From: Dysgonamonadaceae bacterium
Lineage (GTDB): Bacteria; Bacteroidota; Bacteroidia; Bacteroidales; Azobacteroidaceae
Assembly (NCBI GenBank): GCA_031269685.1
Contig: JAISYU010000030.1
Span: 729-64,728 of the forward strand
Reading direction: 5' to 3'
Length of the DNA stretch: 64,000 nt
Each line of letters opens with the position of its first letter. Within the stretch, counting starts at the first letter, position 1. The notes under the pieces were generated by a model. It saw only the letters and a program-made list of their open reading frames with translations. It made no database searches and was not told where the DNA came from. Shown here piece after piece: positions 59,371-64,000 of this stretch. The translations under genes were made by a program, and so were the position numbers.

Positions 59371-60288
59371 ATGGAAATAAGTAGAAGACATTTTATTAGG
59401 AAATCAGGCGCCGGAATCGCTGTCACCGCCATAGCCGGAAGCCTGCCGTTTGCCTGTGCAACACCTTCGCAAAAGGATAACAGGAAAAACACGGCTACTC
59501 TGAAACTGTCGTTTCAGGAAGGTGTTGCTCCGGGTAAAACACTCTCCGAAAAGTTTGACCTGATGGAAAAACTCGGCGTGGTGGGATTTGAACCAGGTGG
59601 CGGACGACTCAATGAACGTGTGACAGAAATTAAAGACGCCCTGAAAGGTAGAAACATTCAAGTGAGCGCTATCTGTGCAGGTTTCGGGGGATTTATCCTC
59701 TCCCTTGACGATGCCGTAAGGAAGCAGTTTTTCGATACCATAAAGCCTATAATTGCCGCTGCCGGCGAACTCGGCTCTACAGGCGTAGTAATGGTTCCCG
59801 CTTTCAATGGTCAACAACCCTGCATGGCGCATACGAAAGAAACACGCGCGTTCCTGGTCGAACAACTGCGTGAACTCGGTAACTATGCCAAGGAACAAGG
59901 AACAACGGTTATCCTCGAACCACTTAACCGCGGCGAAGCGTTCGTCCTTCGACAGGTAGCCGACGCAGCCTCGATTTGCCGCGATGCAGAAAGTGACGGA
60001 GTGCGTTGCATGGGAGATTTCTGGCACATGACGTATGAAGAAACATCCGATAAAGGCGCATTCTTCTCTGCCGGCAATTACCTGCAACACGTACATATCG
60101 CCAGCAGACGCAGACGCAGTATTCCCGGAGAAGACGGTGAAGCGGATAACTATATAGAAGGATTCTCAGCGCTTAAAACACTCGGTTATGACAAGTTTAT
60201 CAGCTACGAATGTGGTTGCCAGGGCGATCGCAATATTGTTGTCCCAAATTCGGTCAATCTACTGAAAGAGCAATGGGAAAAAGCCTGA
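59371..60288 (+). CDS. Tat-exported sugar phosphate isomerase/epimerase family (xylose-isomerase-like TIM barrel)
   Basis: ISRRHFIR Tat motif; ILEPLNRGE, MGDFWHM, HVHIAS and SYEC motifs; promoter TACCTTTG at 59340-59347. Confidence 0.88.
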   Translation: MEISRRHFIRKSGAGIAVTAIAGSLPFACATPSQKDNRKNTATLKLSFQEGVAPGKTLSEKFDLMEKLGVVGFEPGGGRLNERVTEIKDALKGRNIQVSAICAGFGGFILSLDDAVRKQFFDTIKPIIAAAGELGSTGVVMVPAFNGQQPCMAHTKETRAFLVEQLRELGNYAKEQGTTVILEPLNRGEAFVLRQVADAASICRDAESDGVRCMGDFWHMTYEETSDKGAFFSAGNYLQHVHIASRRRRSIPGEDGEADNYIEGFSALKTLGYDKFISYECGCQGDRNIVVPNSVNLLKEQWEKA

Positions 60289-60983
60289 TAGCATCTTATC
60301 GTACAACTGTCGCCATGCTCGCGGTATTTGCCGTGATCATGGCGATAGCTACGTTTGTAGAGAAATTCTACGGGACTACCGCCGCCAAAGTATTCTTTTA
60401 TTATAACCCCTTCTTCTTTATCCTCCTCTTACTGCTGGTAATAAACCTTATAGCCTCTTCCGTCGAAAACAGGCTCGTAAAACAAGGCAAAACAGGCTAT
60501 ATCGTTCTTCATTCGGCTATAATAGTTATCCTTGCAGGAGCATTGACATCGCACATCACCGGACAGGAAGGATTCGTTCATCTACGGAACGGTGAGACAG
60601 TCAACAATATGCAATCCACCTCCAACAAAGGTCATTTATCATACACATTGCCTTTTGAAATAGAACTCGTAAAGTTTACCTTAAAGCGCTATCCTGGTTC
60701 AGACAGCCCATCGTCGTATGAAAGCCTCGTCCGTATCCACGACAAAGGTAAGGTGATGGAACGGCTGATCTCGATGAATAATACCCTCGACTATCGAGGA
60801 TACAGGTTCTTTCAGATGTCCTACGACAAAGACGAACAGGGCAGTAATTTATCCGTCAATAGAGATCTTGCAGGCAGGAGTATTACTTATGCAGGCTATG
60901 GACTGCTTGTCGCAGGGTTTGCATTGAGTTTTGCAGCAAAGGGAAGCAGGGTCAGACGCCTGATAACCAAACTCGGAGACTAA
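60273..60983 (+). CDS. ResB-like cytochrome c biogenesis N-terminal module, possibly truncated, 236 aa
   Basis: ATFVEKFYG, LHSAIIVILAGALTS, PSSYES and ISMNNTLDYRGYRFFQMSYD motifs; no CcsA/WWD part follows. Confidence 0.7.
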   Translation: MGKSLIASYRTTVAMLAVFAVIMAIATFVEKFYGTTAAKVFFYYNPFFFILLLLLVINLIASSVENRLVKQGKTGYIVLHSAIIVILAGALTSHITGQEGFVHLRNGETVNNMQSTSNKGHLSYTLPFEIELVKFTLKRYPGSDSPSSYESLVRIHDKGKVMERLISMNNTLDYRGYRFFQMSYDKDEQGSNLSVNRDLAGRSITYAGYGLLVAGFALSFAAKGSRVRRLITKLGD

Positions 60984-60988
60984 GCCCG

Positions 60989-61624
60989 TCAATACCGACT
61001 CCGGCTGATACAAAATTGCGCCAGTCCACATTCCTCACATCCAGGCTTGCGAGCAGTACAAACGTATCGCCCGTGTAGAATCAGCCAGTGATGCGCTATC
61101 GACCACAGTTCACGCGGTATGTGCTTCGTGAGTTCCCGTTCCGTTTCTGCGGGAGTCTGGGAATTATCCGTCAATCCTATACGGTTAGCCACACGGAAAA
61201 CATGGGTGTCGACCGCTAATGCAGGTATGTCAAATGCAACCGAAGTAATAACATTCGCAGTCTTTTGCCCAACACCAGGCAATTTCATTAAATCATTAAC
61301 CGATGACGGTATCTTTCCCCCATAATCACTTATAACTTTTTGCGCCATGCCTATCAGATGCGCTGCCTTACTGTTGGGATAAGAAACGGATTTGATATAC
61401 TCAAAGACAGTTTGTTTATCGGATGCAGCCAGAGATTCCAGTGTCGGACAGGCTTTGAAAAAGGCGGGCGTTATCATATTCACACGCTTGTCGGTGCACT
61501 GCGCGGAAAGGATTACCGCTACCATCAATTCATACGGGTTATTGTAGTGCAATTCCGATTTGGCAACCGGCATATTCGCCTGAAACCACGCGATAACGTT
61601 TCTATATAACTGCTTTTTATTCAT
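60989..61624 (-). CDS. nth: Endonuclease III
   Basis: ILSAQCTD, LPGVGQKTA, VDTHVFRV and C-x6-C-x2-C-x5-C cluster motif; start MNKKQ at 61624. Confidence 0.96.
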   Translation of the reverse strand: MNKKQLYRNVIAWFQANMPVAKSELHYNNPYELMVAVILSAQCTDKRVNMITPAFFKACPTLESLAASDKQTVFEYIKSVSYPNSKAAHLIGMAQKVISDYGGKIPSSVNDLMKLPGVGQKTANVITSVAFDIPALAVDTHVFRVANRIGLTDNSQTPAETERELTKHIPRELWSIAHHWLILHGRYVCTARKPGCEECGLAQFCISRSRY

Positions 61625-61743
61625 AGTCCGGGATGGCAAAGTTACAAAATAATCCGTGTTACGCAAAATACACTGCGACAAAGACAGCAGACAATTTGGA
61701 GTAATCTCGAAAAAAGTTGTATCTTGCAACACATTATATTCCT

Positions 61744-62322
61744 ATGATACTTCTTACTTCTGCATATCTTGCGCCGGTGGAATATTATCGGCAAATGAAT
61801 ATTGACGGAAAAGTTATCGTCGACCGGTATGACAAATACGTTAAACGGACTTATCGTAACCGCTGTGTGATTGCAACTGCCAATGGGTTGCAAGTGTTGA
61901 CCGTTCCTGTTGAAAGACCTGATTCACACGGGTGTATGATGAAAGATATCCGCATCGCCGATCATGGTAAATGGCAACATTTACACTGGAACGCTATTGT
62001 TTCGGCATACGGTTCTTCTCCGTTTTTTGAGTTCTATGCCGACGATTTTCGTCCTTTTTTTGAGAAGAAAGTTGATTTTCTTTTCGACTTTAACGAACGG
62101 TTGAGGGAGACGGTTTGCAGTTTACTTGACATATCGCCTGAAATTCATTATACTCCGAAAGAAGAGATAGGGATTCTTGATCTGCGTGAGACAATTAAGG
62201 ATGCTACCTGTTTGAAACCTTATTATCAGGTGTTTGCTTTCCGGCATGGTTTTCAGCCGAATATCAGTATTGTGGATTTGCTGTTTAATATGGGACCGGA
62301 GTCTCTGTTGTATCTGAAATGA
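61744..62322 (+). CDS. WbqC family protein
   Basis: SAYLAPVEYY, QTYRNR-like RTYRNRC, LTVPV, SAYGSSPFFE and YYQVF...GFQPNISIVDLLFNMGPES motifs. Confidence 0.9.
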   Translation: MILLTSAYLAPVEYYRQMNIDGKVIVDRYDKYVKRTYRNRCVIATANGLQVLTVPVERPDSHGCMMKDIRIADHGKWQHLHWNAIVSAYGSSPFFEFYADDFRPFFEKKVDFLFDFNERLRETVCSLLDISPEIHYTPKEEIGILDLRETIKDATCLKPYYQVFAFRHGFQPNISIVDLLFNMGPESLLYLK

Positions 62323-62323
62323 T

Positions 62324-63652
62324 TTACCGGCAACAGCCTCTGCACGTTGCAAGTTCTCCTCGGAAACGTTTTTCGACAAGCATTTTCAGTCTGTCGCGCA
62401 ACCCTTCCATTCTTACGCCTCGTATTACATCGCTCATAAAAACAGCCTTCAGCATCAGAACAACCTCATCATGAGGTATACCGCGTGAACGCATGTAAAA
62501 CAGTGCATTTTCGTCTAATTGTCCGGTCGTCATCCCGTGGGAACATTTCACATCATCGGCGTAGATCTCAAGTTGAGGTTTGGAATACATCCGGCATCGG
62601 CGGCTACCAAGCAGGTTACGGTTACTCTGAAAAGCCTCTGTGCGTTGCGCGCCTTTCTCCACTATAATCCGTCCGCTAAAAACGCCGGTTGCTTCGTCGT
62701 CCAGTACATATTTAAACAGTTCATCGCTCCGGCACGACGGTACGGAATGGTTTATCAAGGTATGATTATCTACCGTTTGCCGTTCGTCGGCTATTGCCAT
62801 CCCGCAGAGATTGACGGTAGCATGTTCGCCGGTCAGATCGACGGAAGTATTATTGCGTGTCGTACCGTTGCTAAGAGTTATATTGTTAATTCTCAATTCC
62901 GAACATGCAGCCTGATGTACAAAGTTCTCGGCAAGCCTGATAGTATTGCGGCTACTTTCCTCAAGTTCGCAGAAATCGAATTTTGCTCCTTCTCTTGCAA
63001 AAATCTCTGTGACTTGAGTTGCAGCCGAGACAGGTTTTTCGTCGTAAGCGTGATCACAGACGAGTAATTTAGCCTGTGCGCCACGTTCAAGAACGACAAG
63101 CATCCGGCGATTGACTAACGAAACGGCATTACCTCCTGCTATGTTAGTCAGTTGGACAGCCTTTTCGAGAATAGTGTTTTCGGGAACGTAAAGCATATAT
63201 CCACCTTGTGCGAAAGCGGTATTGAAAGCCGTCAATCCGTCACCTTTTTCTGCTGCCAGGCGGTTGTAGTATTTTGAGAAAACGTCAGGATATAGAGTAG
63301 CAAACTCATTCATATCCCCGGAAAATACGTTGCCTGCAAGTTGTGTTTCGGTGTTGTCTTTGAAAAAGTGACCGTTTACCGCAAAACATTTATATGAATC
63401 AAGGTTAGGCACGTCGCAATGAAACACGTGACGGGGATTGAATCCGGCGTCGGACGGTTGCAGGTAGAACCCGAAATCGGTATCCAGAAGTTTTTCTATA
63501 TTAACATGCTGATAATTCTCCGTTTTATATTTCGGAAAACCGAGCGCACGGAACGTTTCAAAAGCCTTGTCACGGCAGTTATTCAGCATCCGGTTACAAT
63601 TAGCATCAATTTCCGCGCGGTACGAGGTGAAAAAGTTTGTGTACTGGTTCAT
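62324..63652 (-). CDS. sufD: Fe-S cluster assembly protein SufD
   Basis: PQLEIYADDVKCSHGMTTGQLD and LFYMRSRGI motifs. Confidence 0.95.
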   Translation of the reverse strand: MNQYTNFFTSYRAEIDANCNRMLNNCRDKAFETFRALGFPKYKTENYQHVNIEKLLDTDFGFYLQPSDAGFNPRHVFHCDVPNLDSYKCFAVNGHFFKDNTETQLAGNVFSGDMNEFATLYPDVFSKYYNRLAAEKGDGLTAFNTAFAQGGYMLYVPENTILEKAVQLTNIAGGNAVSLVNRRMLVVLERGAQAKLLVCDHAYDEKPVSAATQVTEIFAREGAKFDFCELEESSRNTIRLAENFVHQAACSELRINNITLSNGTTRNNTSVDLTGEHATVNLCGMAIADERQTVDNHTLINHSVPSCRSDELFKYVLDDEATGVFSGRIIVEKGAQRTEAFQSNRNLLGSRRCRMYSKPQLEIYADDVKCSHGMTTGQLDENALFYMRSRGIPHDEVVLMLKAVFMSDVIRGVRMEGLRDRLKMLVEKRFRGELATCRGCCR

Positions 63653-63681
63653 CTTTTTATCCTTAAATTACTTTTTGAGGA

Positions 63682-64000
63682 TTATTTCACCCAATCGTAA
63701 CCTTTTGCTTCCAGTTCGAGGGCGAGTTCCGGACCCGCCGTTTTAATAATCCGTCCATCATAGAACACGTGAACGATGTCCGGTTTAATATAGTCGAGCA
63801 GTCTTTGGTAATGAGTTATCACCATTGTTGCTGTTTCGGGTTTTTTCAGCATGTTCACGCCTCTGGCGACAATTCTCAGGGCATCAATATCGAGACCGCT
63901 GTCCGTTTCGTCGAGGATAGCGAGTTTTGGTTCCAGCATTGCCATTTGGAAAATCTCGTTACGTTTCTTTTCCCCTCCCGAAAATCCTTCATTAACCGAC
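63682..64000 (-). CDS. sufC: Fe-S cluster assembly ATPase SufC, 3' part only (cut by the window edge)
   Basis: [37 protein letters not shown] and [10 protein letters not shown] motifs. Confidence 0.95.
   Translation of the reverse strand, partial: SVNEGFSGGEKKRNEIFQMAMLEPKLAILDETDSGLDIDALRIVARGVNMLKKPETATMVITHYQRLLDYIKPDIVHVFYDGRIIKTAGPELALELEAKGYDWVK

Overview
This is a 64-kb chromosomal window from a Bacteroidales bacterium. The assignment rests on Bacteroidetes TTTG-N19-21-TAnnTTTG promoters throughout, A-rich translation starts and Bacteroidetes-type gene families. Most of it is housekeeping: gap (partial), asd, miaA, thrS-infC, rplS, pepP, der, prmC, mtaB, a ppiC/surA/ostA envelope cluster, sdhCAB, DUF4492-cydAB, nth, wbqC, sufD and sufC (partial). 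It also carries sugar-active genes: three Gfo/Idh/MocA oxidoreductases, two DUF6807 proteins, two GHL10 hydrolases, a GH116-like enzyme and a Tat-exported TIM-barrel isomerase. I saw no rRNA, tRNA, transposase, integrase, reverse transcriptase or cas gene. The unusual signal is seven short tandem arrays (periods 11, 21, 23 and 42 bp, about 2 kb in total). (i) A 5x23-bp array sits inside an MFS gene and shifts its frame; removing exactly 115 bp restores the ORF. The same 23-mer family recurs 47 kb away, inverted, between two convergent terminators. (ii) Two sequence-unrelated accessory cassettes share one layout: a consensus -7 promoter, exactly 8 nt, an ATG, a 21-bp array read as a Gly/Cys heptad-repeat peptide, then an accessory gene. 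(iii) Each 42-bp unit of one of these arrays carries an antisense promoter match. (iv) A two-letter 11-bp array runs straight into a start codon. All functional interpretations are inference. No searches were run, and unit counts in arrays could be assembly-dependent.
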